DNA of 64,000 bases, taken from positions 45,434 to 109,433 of the forward strand of contig JAKITS010000001.1 in NCBI GenBank assembly GCA_021648085.1. The letters are read 5' to 3'. This document shows, one piece after another, positions 9,307 to 20,032 of this stretch. Position 1 is the stretch's first letter, and every line of letters starts with the position of its first letter. The position numbers and the translations under genes are program-made. This DNA comes from Candidatus Magasanikiibacteriota bacterium. Its GTDB lineage: Bacteria > Patescibacteriota > Patescibacteriia > Magasanikbacterales > UBA922. Below the pieces are notes generated by a model. The model had not been told where the DNA came from. It saw nothing but the letters and a program-made list of their open reading frames with translations, and searched no databases.

Positions 9307-9404
9307 ATGGCAATAAAATTAATTAATTAATAACGAAATTCTATATAAATTTCTACATTTAGTATACTATAATCTTTTTTTTTGCAAGTCTTCTATTTTT
9401 TCTT

Positions 9405-9454
9405 TATAACAAATTTTAAATAAAAACAAAAACCAGCTTTTTAGCTGATTTTTA
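9405..9454. repeat. direct repeat copy 2
   Basis: 47/50 identical to 8655..8705. Confidence 0.8.
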
Positions 9455-9475
9455 TTTTTACAAAAAGGACGGGAT

Positions 9476-9560
9476 TCCTCTCACTCCGATTCGAGCATAA
9501 ATACTGCGCGTACTCGTATCCTTCTCATCCAGACACGAGTAAAGATTTTTACTCGTTCCC
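9476..9560 (-). repeat. tRNA-downstream conserved element (GGATGAGAAGGATACGAGTACGCGCAGTAT..GGAGTGAGAGGAATCC on minus strand), copy downstream of tRNA-Ser(GCT)
   Basis: shares ~55 nt with two tandem copies at 9673-9898. Confidence 0.7.
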
Positions 9561-9568
9561 TTTCTTTG

Positions 9569-9658
9569 CGGAGAGGGCGGGATTCGAACCCGCGGTCCGG
9601 GAAATACCCGGACAACACATTAGCAGTGTGCCGCTTTCGACCACTCAGCCACCTCTCC
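9569..9658 (-). tRNA. tRNA-Ser (anticodon GCT), long variable arm
   Basis: cloverleaf readable: acceptor GGAGAGG/CCTCTCC, D-arm GCTGAGTGGTCGAAAGC, anticodon loop CTGCTAA, T-arm GGGTTCGAATCCC. Confidence 0.85.
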
Positions 9659-9672
9659 AGTATTTTTTGTTT

Positions 9673-9898
9673 TTTAAATTCTTGTGGAGAGAGTGGGATT
9701 CCTCTCGCTCCGACTCGAGCCTGGATACTGCGCGTACTCGTATCCTTCTCATCCCACACACGACACAAGACTTTGTGTCGCTTCTATCCTGCGGAGAGAG
9801 TGGGATTCCTCTCGCTCCGACTCGAGCCTGGATACTGCGCGTACTCGTATCCTTCTCATCCCACACACGACACAAGACTTTGTGTCGCTTCTATCCTG
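9673..9898 (-). repeat. two tandem 108-bp units, each = 18-nt copy of tRNA-Ser(TGA) 3' end (AATCCCACTCTCTCCGCA) + terminator-like hairpin + conserved ~55-nt element
   Basis: units 9673-9790 and 9790-9898 nearly identical; directly abut the 3' end of tRNA-Ser(TGA). Confidence 0.8.
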
Positions 9899-9985
9899 CG
9901 GAGAGAGTGGGATTCGAACCCACGGAGGGCGCAAACCCTCAACGGTTTTCAAGACCGCCGCCTTCGACCACTCAGCCATCTCTCC
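9899..9985 (-). tRNA. tRNA-Ser (anticodon TGA)
   Basis: acceptor GGAGAGA/TCTCTCC, anticodon loop CTTGAAA, long variable arm, T-arm GGGTTCGAATCCC. Confidence 0.85.
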
Positions 9986-10117
9986 AGTTTTATTTTTTAA
10001 AAATATTCAAACAATACGATAATAGTTTATCTTATTTTAAACAATAAGTCAATAGTTTTTATATTTTGTAAAAAACATAAAATATGATATAGTGATTGTA
10101 TATTCTTATATAAATCT

Positions 10118-10531
10118 GTGTTAGAAAACAAAACAGACATTTTTGGGATTATGGTAGGTAGTAAGCCTACCAATCAAGATTGGCAAGAGAGCCGCCAAGA
10201 GGGTGAGCTTGCTGTTGATGTTATTGAAACAGAAAATAAAATTGTAATAATTTCTACAATTGCTGGTACAAAAACAGATAGTGTGGAAATATATGTCCAC
10301 AATGACCTACTAACTGTAAAAGGAAGTAGAGAGATGCCAGTAGAAGAGCTTAGTGATGGAAAAATGCATTTAAATGAGTGTTTTTGGGGAGCTTTTTCCA
10401 GAACAATTGTTTTGCCAGTAGATGTTCAAGGTCATAGAGCACAAGCAGAATATAAAAATGGAATTTTAAAAATAACTATACCAAAACAAATAACAGACAC
10501 AAAAATACCTGTTTTTGTAGTAGAAGAATAA
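10118..10531 (+). CDS. Hsp20/alpha-crystallin family small heat-shock protein
   Basis: alpha-crystallin domain signature '..AVDVIETENKIVI...GAFSRTIVLP..V....A.YKNGILKITIPK'. Confidence 0.8.
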   Translation: MLENKTDIFGIMVGSKPTNQDWQESRQEGELAVDVIETENKIVIISTIAGTKTDSVEIYVHNDLLTVKGSREMPVEELSDGKMHLNECFWGAFSRTIVLPVDVQGHRAQAEYKNGILKITIPKQITDTKIPVFVVEE

Positions 10532-10532
10532 T

Positions 10533-12467
10533 ATGACAGATATTTTGCCAAAATCAAAGAAAAAAAGCCCAGCGCTTGTTGCACTAATTGTTTCTGCAAT
10601 TGTTTTTAGTGTATTTATTGCAATTTTTGCTATTACATCGGTAGTGGTTGGAATTCAATATTCAGAAAGGGTTGCACCAGGGTTAAGGATTGGGAATTAT
10701 GATGTGGGTGGTTTTACAAAAGATGAGTTAAAAGAGTTTTTACAAAACAAAAATGATCAACTTGTTGGCACTGGCATAAACTTATCTTTTAAGGATGGAG
10801 AGGGGAAAAAAGAGATAACACTTTATCCTGTTATACTTTCAGATGATTATGCATATGAACTCATCTATACGGATATACAAGCAGAAGTAGAGCGTATAAT
10901 TCGTTTTGGAAAGAGTGGTGGTGTAATGTTGAAAGGGGTTAGTAATATAATTTCAGCATTAGGAAAGCCAAGTATTTCTTTAAAATATATAGAGATAAGC
11001 GATGAAAAAATAATAGAAGAAATTAAAAGTTTGGTGAGTATGTATGAGTCTGAGGCAGTTGATGCATCTGTAATAGTACTTAAAACAAATCCTTTGGAGT
11101 TTAAAATAACATCATCATCGATTGGTGTAGTATTTGACTATCAAGACACTGTGTTTCAGATTAGGGAGCAATGGTCAAAATTGATTGTTCCAAATGTGGA
11201 AGTCGAAAAAGATGTTATAGATCCAAATTTTGTAGAGGATGATTTCAATGGTGCAGAAGATGCACTTAAAAATATGTTTTTGCATGGTTCACTATTTCTA
11301 ACTTATGATTTTTCAACAGCAGACAACTTTGTTTTTAGAGGTAAAAAAACATGGGAAGTGACACCACAGCAAATAAGTGAATGGATTGAGGCACAAGTAC
11401 AAGACGATGTTGTAGTTTTTGGATTAAACAAAGACAGGACATTCGAATTTATAGATGAAAAAATAGCATCAAAAGTGGACATAGAACCGCGTGATGCAAA
11501 GTTTGAGATAAATGAAAACAGTAAAGTGACAGAATTTCAAGGATCTAGGCTTGGTTTTAAGGTAGATCTAGAGGAGAATTATAAAAGTTTGAACAATTTA
11601 TTTGTAAGTAGAAATTTTTTGGAGGAGGGGGTAGACCTGCAATTGGTTTCAAGTACGGTTGATTTGATAATATCTGAAGCAGTATCAGAGATTTCAACCG
11701 GAGATGTAAATGATTTGGGGATTACAGAAATGTTAGGGACTGGTATTTCTGATTTTTCTGGTAGTCCCTCAAATCGCATCAAAAATATTAAAAATGCAGT
11801 AAATAAATTAAACGGAGTTTTGATAAAACCAGGAGAAGAGTTTTCCACAATTAGACATACAAAACCATATACAATATCTGGCGGATATTTACCAGAGTTG
11901 GTTATAAAAGGTGATCAGATAATTCCAGAAATTGGTGGTGGTTTGTGCCAAATAGGAACAACACTTTTTAGAATGGCTATGAACAGTGGTATGAAGATTA
12001 CCGAGCGTAGAAATCACTCTCTCGCAATTCCTTATTATAATGATCCTGTAAACCATCTCCCTGGAACAGATGCTACAATTTATGACCCAAATCCAGACTT
12101 TAGGTTTCTAAATGATACAGAAAATTATATCTTGCTCGAGGCTGATATAAATTGGAACACAATGGAACTTGTCTTTACTCTTTGGGGTACAAATGATGGT
12201 AGAGAGGCTAGTTTTACACACCCTGTCGTAAAGCGTTGGATTCCTCACGGACCTACAAAAAATATTGAAACTACAAAACTTGCACCAGGAGTAAAAAAAT
12301 GTCAACACTCTTATACTGGTGCAGAATCATATTTTACATACTCTAGACAGCTTCCTGGACAGGAAAAAGAAGAGATTGTCTACGAGAGTTATTATAGACC
12401 TCTGCCACAAATATGTTTGGTTGGTGTAGACCCAGATGCTTCATTAGAAACCCTACCCGTTGAATAA
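10533..12467 (+). CDS. VanW-family membrane-anchored protein (cell-wall associated)
   Basis: N-terminal TM; C-terminal VanW-like motif 'IIPEIGGGLCQIGTTLFRMAMNSG'. Confidence 0.55.
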   Translation: MTDILPKSKKKSPALVALIVSAIVFSVFIAIFAITSVVVGIQYSERVAPGLRIGNYDVGGFTKDELKEFLQNKNDQLVGTGINLSFKDGEGKKEITLYPVILSDDYAYELIYTDIQAEVERIIRFGKSGGVMLKGVSNIISALGKPSISLKYIEISDEKIIEEIKSLVSMYESEAVDASVIVLKTNPLEFKITSSSIGVVFDYQDTVFQIREQWSKLIVPNVEVEKDVIDPNFVEDDFNGAEDALKNMFLHGSLFLTYDFSTADNFVFRGKKTWEVTPQQISEWIEAQVQDDVVVFGLNKDRTFEFIDEKIASKVDIEPRDAKFEINENSKVTEFQGSRLGFKVDLEENYKSLNNLFVSRNFLEEGVDLQLVSSTVDLIISEAVSEISTGDVNDLGITEMLGTGISDFSGSPSNRIKNIKNAVNKLNGVLIKPGEEFSTIRHTKPYTISGGYLPELVIKGDQIIPEIGGGLCQIGTTLFRMAMNSGMKITERRNHSLAIPYYNDPVNHLPGTDATIYDPNPDFRFLNDTENYILLEADINWNTMELVFTLWGTNDGREASFTHPVVKRWIPHGPTKNIETTKLAPGVKKCQHSYTGAESYFTYSRQLPGQEKEEIVYESYYRPLPQICLVGVDPDASLETLPVE

Positions 12468-12507
12468 TAATAAAAATAAAAAGCGGTACATTTTGCACCG
12501 CTTTTGT

Positions 12508-13104
12508 TTAAGGTTTTGGCAGTCCATCTAATATTTTAGCAAGATCTTCTTTTGTTTCTTCTTCTATTTTTAGTATAAAATCTTTGTCTAACTGACTTCT
12601 TGTTATATTTGTTTCTATATTTGTAATAAAAATTTTATCTAACTTTCCTTTTGCGTTAAAAATAAAAATATTATCAGGTATTTTTCCATTTTCAAAATAC
12701 ATTACAGCGTATGTTCCGTCTGGTTCCCACATAGCAGCAAAACCGTCTGCCTCGCTGTTTTCGTTGAACATACCTATAACTAGTAGATTTCCATTTTTAT
12801 CCCACTGTGCCCACTTTCCAAAAGGTTTGTCTTTTAGGAACTCTCCAACAGTAATTATAGAGCCTGTTTCATCGCTATATTTTTGGAAGGGGCCTATTTT
12901 TTTAGAATTTTCATCTAAGCAATAATATTCAGTTGTAAACTCTTCACCAGAAACTTCTGTATAAGTGGTATTTTTGGGACAGTCAAAAATTTGTATTTGT
13001 TCAAAAATTTCTATGTCTGTTTTTTCTTTTGTATCTTCTTTTTTATTGCACCCAACTAAAAATAAACAAAAGATTATTAAAAGAACACTAATTTGTTTTC
13101 CCAT
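12508..13104 (-). CDS. lipoprotein with MORN/YwqK-like repeats (paralog 1 of 3)
   Basis: signal peptide + lipobox LVGC; G-x-W-x-x-W-x-x-NG-type repeats. Confidence 0.5.
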   Translation of the reverse strand: MGKQISVLLIIFCLFLVGCNKKEDTKEKTDIEIFEQIQIFDCPKNTTYTEVSGEEFTTEYYCLDENSKKIGPFQKYSDETGSIITVGEFLKDKPFGKWAQWDKNGNLLVIGMFNENSEADGFAAMWEPDGTYAVMYFENGKIPDNIFIFNAKGKLDKIFITNIETNITRSQLDKDFILKIEEETKEDLAKILDGLPKP

Positions 13105-13194
13105 TTTTTCCTCCTATGTTTGGATGGGTCTATGTATTTTTACATATTAAAGATAAAAAATCAAAAAAGCAGTACAAAATTGTACTGCTTGTTT

Positions 13195-13818
13195 TTATGG
13201 AATAGGAAGATCTTCTGTTTCTTTTGATATTATTTCTTTGTATAGTTCGTTTAGAAAGTCTATTTCATACTCTGTCATATTAGGGGCTTGAATTTCAACT
13301 CCATTTCGTCCTGGACTTTTGACTTTTAGAATTTTTAGAATTCTTTCATTTTTATATTCGTAAGCTAAATTTACAGGAACCCCTTTTGATAATTCAAGTA
13401 TTACACAGTGTTTATCTGCACCAATATTTATCCAAGCGATTGCATATCCGTGAGGTTGTCCTCTGTCATTAAAGTTTTCAATTGAAATGATTTCTCCTGT
13501 TTTACTCCATTTAACCCATTTACCAACTTTAAGATTTTTCCTAAATTCTGCGAGTGCTTTTATTTTCTGTGTATCAGTATAAAAAGCTACAAGCTTACCC
13601 TCAATCCTACCCAGTTCGTTTATACACGAATAAATAGTAGTATTTTCAATAGATGTCTTGTCTACCAAATATACTGTATCTTTTGAGCAGTTTATTTTTT
13701 GTCCGTCTTTTTTATCTGCAATGGTTTGAGTATCATCTTTTATAACTGTTTTATTACACCCAAAAGTAGTGAATATGAAAACTACCAATATAAAAAGAAC
13801 ACTAATTTGTTTTTCCAT
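13195..13818 (-). CDS. lipoprotein, MORN/YwqK-like (paralog 2 of 3)
   Basis: lipobox TFGC; N-terminal 12 codons nearly identical to paralog 1 (MEKQISVLFIL vs MGKQISVLLII). Confidence 0.5.
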   Translation of the reverse strand: MEKQISVLFILVVFIFTTFGCNKTVIKDDTQTIADKKDGQKINCSKDTVYLVDKTSIENTTIYSCINELGRIEGKLVAFYTDTQKIKALAEFRKNLKVGKWVKWSKTGEIISIENFNDRGQPHGYAIAWINIGADKHCVILELSKGVPVNLAYEYKNERILKILKVKSPGRNGVEIQAPNMTEYEIDFLNELYKEIISKETEDLPIP

Positions 13819-13937
13819 TTCCCTTTCCTATGTTTTAGATTGTAATCATAACAATCTTTTTATGGATAAATTTATAGTCCCACATTTTATACAAAAAAGC
13901 AATTTGACAGAAAAAAAAGACAGTATCAAAACCGTCT

Positions 13938-14627
13938 TTATTCAACAAACAGACTTACCTTAACCTCTTTGCCATTTTCAAATATTGTTTGCTCTACCAT
14001 CGTTATTGGAATATCCAAAAAATAATAATAATCTTTTCGGACAAGATACACCATTTGTATTTTGTTTAAATATCGAAATATATTTTCTTGCTTTAATTTT
14101 CCATTATTCCAAAAAGATTGATTTTCCAACCTCCCTTTTGCATCAGTTATTCTAAACTCACCATGTCTTTTCCCGTTTGAGTATTCGCCATAATAAACAA
14201 GAATTTTTGTATTTATATCCCATATTCTTTCAGATCTGGTATGAACTCCATTTATATAAAATGCTTGCCAGTGCAAAAAACCATTTTCTGTATACATCTC
14301 AAATTTGCCATGAAGTTTATCATTTTTGTAGTTTGATAAAGTTCTTATTCTCCCGTTATTATAAACAGACTTATACAACCCCTCTCTTTTGCATGTTGAC
14401 CTAGCTGTATTTATTTCTCCAGCAGAGCATTCTTTTGTTTTTACAACACAAGAATAAATTTTTACATCTTGTAAGCTCGAGTATATTTGTAATACAGTTC
14501 CTGTTTTACATATTTTTTCTATGTCTATGGTTCGCTCCGCAATTGTAATAGAACCAAACTCGGAACACCCTAAAATAAATAGTGAAAATAATAAAGTTAA
14601 AAACATCTTGTAAAGAACTGTTTGCAT
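13938..14627 (-). CDS. lipoprotein with MORN/YwqK-family repeats (paralog 3 of 3)
   Basis: lipobox ILGC; repeats 'YKNDKLHGKFEMYTENG', 'YSNGKRHGEFRITDAKG'. Confidence 0.55.
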   Translation of the reverse strand: MQTVLYKMFLTLLFSLFILGCSEFGSITIAERTIDIEKICKTGTVLQIYSSLQDVKIYSCVVKTKECSAGEINTARSTCKREGLYKSVYNNGRIRTLSNYKNDKLHGKFEMYTENGFLHWQAFYINGVHTRSERIWDINTKILVYYGEYSNGKRHGEFRITDAKGRLENQSFWNNGKLKQENIFRYLNKIQMVYLVRKDYYYFLDIPITMVEQTIFENGKEVKVSLFVE

Positions 14628-14937
14628 TTCCCACTCCTTTTTTGCGAGTTTTTTTATTTTTATACCTATTGTTTTGTATCATATTTCACAAAAAAGTACA
14701 ATTTTACACATTTTTACTTGACAGATTACAATATGTATGCTAATATTCTACTTCGTAAGTATGAGTTGGAGATAGATGGTAAAAAATCTTATCAAAGGTT
14801 TGTTGTCATCTGTATCCACGACAAGCATGAGGATGTGGCACTGGGTTACGCTGGCTCCGGCTCGCGGATTTCACGACTACATCTTCTTGGATACAGCAAT
14901 AAAAAAATCACTTGTTTCAAGTGATTTTTTTATTTTT

Positions 14938-15537
14938 TTATTCAATAATCTTATCAACAATTCCATACGCTACTGCTTCTTTTGCGCTCATAAAGTAGTC
15001 TCGGTCGGTGTCTTTTTCAACTGTTTTCACTACTTTTCCTGTATGTTTTGATAAGATTTCATTTAGTTTATCTTTTATTTTCAAAATTCTTTCGGCATGA
15101 ATTTTAATGTCACTCGCTTGTCCTTCCGTTCCGCCCATTACTTGATGGATCATCACTTCACCGTTTGGTAGACAAAATCTTTTCCCTTTTGCACCAGAAG
15201 CCAAAAGTACAGAAGCCATACTCGCAGCCATTCCAACACAAATTGTAGAAACATCTGACTTTATGTATTGCATTGTGTCATAAATCGCCATTCCAGCTGT
15301 CACAGATCCGCCTGGAGAATTTATATAGATCTTTATATCTTTTTCTGAGTCTTCATTTTCCAAAAACAAAAGTTGAGCAATTATAGAATTTGCCACAACA
15401 TCATTTATTCCAGTCCCAAGGAAAATAATCCTATCTTTTAAAAGACGAGAATAAATATCATAAGATCTTTCACCAAAATTTGTTTTTTCAATAACTGTAG
15501 GTATCAAAATTTGTGAGTTTATATTTTTTACTTCCAT
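14938..15537 (-). CDS. clpP: ATP-dependent Clp protease proteolytic subunit
   Basis: '[18 protein letters not shown]', catalytic Ser/His/Asp context; ORF-track start 15621 over-extends, ATG 15537 (MEVKNINS..) fits ClpP N-terminus. Confidence 0.85.
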   Translation of the reverse strand: MEVKNINSQILIPTVIEKTNFGERSYDIYSRLLKDRIIFLGTGINDVVANSIIAQLLFLENEDSEKDIKIYINSPGGSVTAGMAIYDTMQYIKSDVSTICVGMAASMASVLLASGAKGKRFCLPNGEVMIHQVMGGTEGQASDIKIHAERILKIKDKLNEILSKHTGKVVKTVEKDTDRDYFMSAKEAVAYGIVDKIIE

Positions 15538-15674
15538 ATATAAATTAATAATTTTACTATTGCTTAGAGCATAGCAAAGATTTTGTATTTTGTGAAGACA
15601 AGCAAGATAGTAGACTAACAATTAAGTAGATTAAGCAGGTTAAGTACAAAAGGGGTAAAAAAGAAAAACCAATG

Positions 15675-15803
15675 CACGTCATATTGAGCGGAGTGAAACG
15701 AAGTCGAAATATCTCGGGAGAGTATCATTAGAATTGTGAATATTTAATGTTCTGGTTATTTTGTCTCGAGATCCTTCGGCTTTGCTCAGGAAGGTGTGTG
15801 TGG
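15675..15803. repeat. inverted pair of the dispersed repeat family (forward copy 15675-15715, reverse copy 15763-15803)
   Basis: cacgtcatattgagcggagtgaaacgaagtcgaaatatctc ... gtctcgagatccttcggctttgctcagg; can form a long hairpin. Confidence 0.75.
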
Positions 15804-15912
15804 TTTTTTTTCATTTCGAATCCAAGCAAAGTGATTAATCAAAAAAAGCAAAGCTTTTTGATATATCAAATCGAGCGAAGATGATCCATCAAGTGTAAGC
15901 GATACATCGTTT

Positions 15913-16884
15913 TTAATTTTCTTCTTTAAGAAAATTAAAAACTTTCTTCAATACTTCCTCAACAGTCCCTTTTATTTTAAAGCCAGCAGCTTTTTTGTGT
16001 CCGCCGCCACCAAGTTTTTTTGCATATTTTGCAACATCCACATTTTCGTCGTTTGAACCACGAAAACTTCCTTTTACAAAGCCGTCATCAGCTTCTTTCA
16101 ATATTAGGCGAATTTTTGCATCGCTAATTGAATTCATAAAATTTCCTACATTTTCAACATCTTCTGGTGTTGCGCCAGTTTCAACTAAATCTGTTTTTTT
16201 TAGATATGTATAAGCAAAACTATACTCATCTTTTTTTGTAAGGCGTGACAAAATAGTTCCCCAAATTTTCAAGGAATTTATAGTTTTATTTGTGTAAAGA
16301 TTTTTTTTAATTTGTGATAAGTTTGCGCCAAGCTCCAAAAGTTCGCTTGTTATTTTTATAGAATCAGATGTTGTGTTTGAGTTTTGAAATCTATCTGTAT
16401 CTGTAATAATTCCAGCCAGCAAAGACGAAGCCATTTTACAATTTATTTTTATATTATTTACTTTAAAAAAGTTAAAAAGTAATTCAGTGGTTGAACAAGA
16501 CTCTGTGTTTACAAGGTTCAAATCTCCAAAAAAAGTATTGGTTGGGTGGTGGTCTATATTTATTACAAAACTTTCTGTTTCTTTTAAATACTTTTCTAGA
16601 CCTGCATAATCTGGACTGCCAGTATCAAAAATAATTATTAAGTCAAAATTTTCTTTTAGTATTTTTTTATTAAAAGTACACTTTTCAGAGTTTGGAATAA
16701 AAAATAATTTTGGTGGAATTTCTGTAGCAGAAAAACCTCGATATTTTTTATCAAGAGAATCTAAAAATTCCATAAATGCTGTCACAGAACCCAAAGCATC
16801 TGCATCTGGATTTTGGTGGGGAACCAACAAAATATTCTCAGATTGTAAAACTTTTTTATAAATTTGTCTCATTATTCTTTCCAT
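15913..16884 (-). CDS. nrnA: DHH/DHHA1 phosphoesterase (NrnA-like oligoribonuclease / pAp phosphatase)
   Basis: 'HQNPDADALGS', 'DHH', C-terminal 'GGGHKKAAGF'. Confidence 0.8.
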   Translation of the reverse strand: MERIMRQIYKKVLQSENILLVPHQNPDADALGSVTAFMEFLDSLDKKYRGFSATEIPPKLFFIPNSEKCTFNKKILKENFDLIIIFDTGSPDYAGLEKYLKETESFVINIDHHPTNTFFGDLNLVNTESCSTTELLFNFFKVNNIKINCKMASSLLAGIITDTDRFQNSNTTSDSIKITSELLELGANLSQIKKNLYTNKTINSLKIWGTILSRLTKKDEYSFAYTYLKKTDLVETGATPEDVENVGNFMNSISDAKIRLILKEADDGFVKGSFRGSNDENVDVAKYAKKLGGGGHKKAAGFKIKGTVEEVLKKVFNFLKEEN

Positions 16885-16986
16885 CTTTTTATTTACTGTG
16901 GATAACCTTTTTATAAAAGTTAGTAATTCTATAACTAATTTGATAAAATGTCAAGTGTGACATTGTAATAAAACTTTTTAGCATTT

Positions 16987-19965
16987 ATGTATTTAAAACG
17001 AATTGAATTGAATGGATTTAAATCCTTTGCAAAAAAAACAGTTTTTGAATTTCCAGCACCAAAAGACGGGAAGTTTGTAATTACTTCAATTGTTGGACCA
17101 AACGGAAGTGGAAAGAGTAATGTTTCAGATGCTATTCGCTGGGTTTTGGGTGAACAAAGTTTGAAACAACTTCGTGGTAAAAAAAGTCACGACATTATTT
17201 TTTCTGGTTCAAATCTAAGAGGACAGCTTGGAATGGCAAGTGTTAGTTTGGTTTTTGAAAACAAAGATCACAAAATTCCAGTTGATTATGATGAAGTTAT
17301 AATTTCTAGAAAACTTTATAGATCTGGCGAAAATGAATATTTAATAAACGGTAAAAAAGTGCGTCTTATAGATTTTCAAATTTTATTAGCAAAAGCTCAA
17401 TTTGGAAATAATTCTTATGGAATTATAGGACAAGGCGTGATAGATAGGTTTTTGTTTCAAACTCCAGCGGAGCGAAAAATGTTTTTTGACGAAGCGTCTG
17501 GAATAAAAGAATTTCAAATACGACGACATCAGGCAAGTTTAAGACTAAAAAGAACTACAGAAAATATAAATCAAGCAGAACTTTTACTTACAGAAGTTTC
17601 CCCACGCCTTAGAAGTTTGGAGCGACAAGTAAAAAAATTGGAGAAAAGACAAAGTTTAGAGATAAAATTGAAAGAGGCTCAAAATAGTTATTATGGTAGT
17701 CTTTGGGGTAAAAATAAGAAAAAAATAGATGAATTAAGAGTTAGGTTGGACTGTGTAAATAAAGAATATAAAATTTTGGAAAATAGTTTAGTAATGGTTC
17801 AAAATGATTTGGCAGAATTGGCAAGAGAGCAAAGCAGAACAACAAATTTTGATAGTCTACAAAATGAATACCAAAAATTATTTAGAGAAAAAAGTGAGTT
17901 AGAACAAGACAGGTCTGTACTTTCTGGAAGACTTCAGGTTGAGTATGGAAAAGCAGGTGAACAACAGATTGGTTGGTTGAGGACAAAAATTGATCAACTA
18001 AAAATCCAACAAAATGAGTATAAAATATCTGTAGAAAAATTGGAAAATTCAGTGAACAAAACAGTTGCAGACTTCAATGAAAAACAAAAAGATGTAGAAA
18101 AAAAAGAAGAAGAAATAAAATTATTGCAGGAAAAAATTAGTAAGTCTGCCGGAAATCAAAATAATAGTTATGGACATAAGTATGGTTCACCTGCTGTTCT
18201 AAATATTTTGAATAATAAAGATAGCTTTGGAAAGGTTTACGGAGCCGTGTCAAATCTGGCAGAAGCAGATTTGAAATATGCTTTAGCATTGGATATTGCT
18301 GCTGGTGGAAACTTATCTTCTGTGGTTGTAGAAAGTGATATAACTGCAAAAAAATGTATAGAACATCTAAGAAGTGAAAGACTTGGAACAGCAACATTTT
18401 TACCTTTAAACAAAATAAATCCTCGTCGTATTTATGAAGATCAGTACGATTATTTGGATTACGATGGAGTTCATGGTTTTGCTGTTGAGCTTGTTCAATT
18501 TGAAGATAAGTATGAAGATATTTTTTCTTATGTTTTTGGTAGTACTTTGATCGTAGAAGACATTAGTGCAGCTAAAAAAGTTGGAATTGGAAAAATAAGA
18601 ATGGTGACTTTGGAAGGCGATGTTTTGGATAGAGGTGGGAGTATGCGTGGAGGTTATAGAAGTAGAAAAGGAGGTATGTTTAGTTTTTTGAATCAAAATA
18701 GTAATATAACAGAAAGTGGAATAAGTTATGAAAGACTCCATCAATTATTAAACAAAGTACAGTCTAACTATTTAAGAGAAAAAAATACATTGTCAGAATT
18801 AAATACACAAAAACAAATTTCTGAAAACAATTTAGAAAGCCTAAATAAAAATAAAAAAGATAACTCAAGAGAACTGGCTAGTTTGGAGCAGGAACTATTA
18901 ATGAATACTTCCGGATCAAGTGATTATGGAGATATAGTGGAAGGTATTCAATCTCAAAAAGATGAATACGACAGAAAACTAATTGAACTAGAAGAAACTC
19001 TAAGTGTTGCTCGTAATAAAATTGAGCGGTTTAATCAAGATGAAGAAGATAAAAAGAAAAAAATCTTTTATTTGCAAGACGAAATGCAAAAAAAACAGTC
19101 TGAATTAAATACTTTGGCTTCAAATAAAAATAATTTTGATGTAGAAATGGCGAGAAGAGAGACAAAACAAGAAGATTTGGAACATGAGATAAAAGTTGAG
19201 ACAAATGAAGACATACACACTATTTTAAAAAGAGGTGTGGAGTATATTTCTTCTGATGAGTTTGAAGGTTTTCAAGATAAAATACAAAAAATAAAATATA
19301 ATTTAGGGTTAATTGGTGGAATAGACGAATCTGTTATTCAGGAATATGAAGAAGTTTCTGAAAAATATGGACATTTGAGTGGTAAGTTGAAGGATTTAAA
19401 AAATGCTGTAAATGATCTAAATAGATTAATCACAGAATTAGATATTTTGATGAAGCAAAAAAGAAAAAAAGTTTTTACACATATTAAAAAAGAGTTTTCT
19501 AGGTATTTCAAATTACTTTTCAATGGTGGAGGGGCAGAATTAATTGAAATATATGGACGAGAGAAAGATAATGAATTAGACGAAGAGGCTTCTGAAAATA
19601 AAGGAAAAAGGGTTTTACAAGGAATTGAGATTACAGCTTGTCCTCCTGGAAAAAAGATTAAACATATAGAATCTTTGTCTGGCGGAGAGAGAACGATGAC
19701 CTCCATTGCTCTAATTTGTGCAATTTTGCGTGCAAACCCATCACCTTTTGTCGTGTTGGACGAAGTAGAGGCAGCATTAGATGAGTCAAATTCTATACGG
19801 TTTACAGAAATTTTAGAAGACCTTGCATCTCGCGCGCAATGTATACTTATTACTCACAATAGAGCAACAATGAACGCTTCGGACTTACTTTATGGAGTCA
19901 CAATGGGTGGAGATGGTGTAAGTAGTCTAGTATCTGTAAACCTGGAAAATCACGCAAAGACTTGA
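16987..19965 (+). CDS. smc: chromosome segregation protein SMC (compact, 992 aa)
   Basis: N-terminal Walker A 'GPNGSGKSN', hinge '[11 protein letters not shown]', C-terminal '[23 protein letters not shown]'. Confidence 0.85.
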   Translation: MYLKRIELNGFKSFAKKTVFEFPAPKDGKFVITSIVGPNGSGKSNVSDAIRWVLGEQSLKQLRGKKSHDIIFSGSNLRGQLGMASVSLVFENKDHKIPVDYDEVIISRKLYRSGENEYLINGKKVRLIDFQILLAKAQFGNNSYGIIGQGVIDRFLFQTPAERKMFFDEASGIKEFQIRRHQASLRLKRTTENINQAELLLTEVSPRLRSLERQVKKLEKRQSLEIKLKEAQNSYYGSLWGKNKKKIDELRVRLDCVNKEYKILENSLVMVQNDLAELAREQSRTTNFDSLQNEYQKLFREKSELEQDRSVLSGRLQVEYGKAGEQQIGWLRTKIDQLKIQQNEYKISVEKLENSVNKTVADFNEKQKDVEKKEEEIKLLQEKISKSAGNQNNSYGHKYGSPAVLNILNNKDSFGKVYGAVSNLAEADLKYALALDIAAGGNLSSVVVESDITAKKCIEHLRSERLGTATFLPLNKINPRRIYEDQYDYLDYDGVHGFAVELVQFEDKYEDIFSYVFGSTLIVEDISAAKKVGIGKIRMVTLEGDVLDRGGSMRGGYRSRKGGMFSFLNQNSNITESGISYERLHQLLNKVQSNYLREKNTLSELNTQKQISENNLESLNKNKKDNSRELASLEQELLMNTSGSSDYGDIVEGIQSQKDEYDRKLIELEETLSVARNKIERFNQDEEDKKKKIFYLQDEMQKKQSELNTLASNKNNFDVEMARRETKQEDLEHEIKVETNEDIHTILKRGVEYISSDEFEGFQDKIQKIKYNLGLIGGIDESVIQEYEEVSEKYGHLSGKLKDLKNAVNDLNRLITELDILMKQKRKKVFTHIKKEFSRYFKLLFNGGGAELIEIYGREKDNELDEEASENKGKRVLQGIEITACPPGKKIKHIESLSGGERTMTSIALICAILRANPSPFVVLDEVEAALDESNSIRFTEILEDLASRAQCILITHNRATMNASDLLYGVTMGGDGVSSLVSVNLENHAKT

Positions 19966-20032
19966 CTTTTTGTGTGATTTCGTATACAATAATCGCATAT
20001 TTACCGTCACAATTAAATAGATATATTAAGTT

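Noticed and set aside
9481-10047. Seven overlapping ORFs (76-144 aa, both strands) from the ORF track
   Set aside because: They span two tRNA-Ser genes and the tRNA-derived tandem repeats; repeated peptide text is a translation artefact of the DNA repeats
15538-15621. N-terminal 28-aa extension of clpP given in ORF track
   Set aside because: ClpP family N-terminus aligns with MEVKNINS.. at ATG 15537; the extension has no conservation
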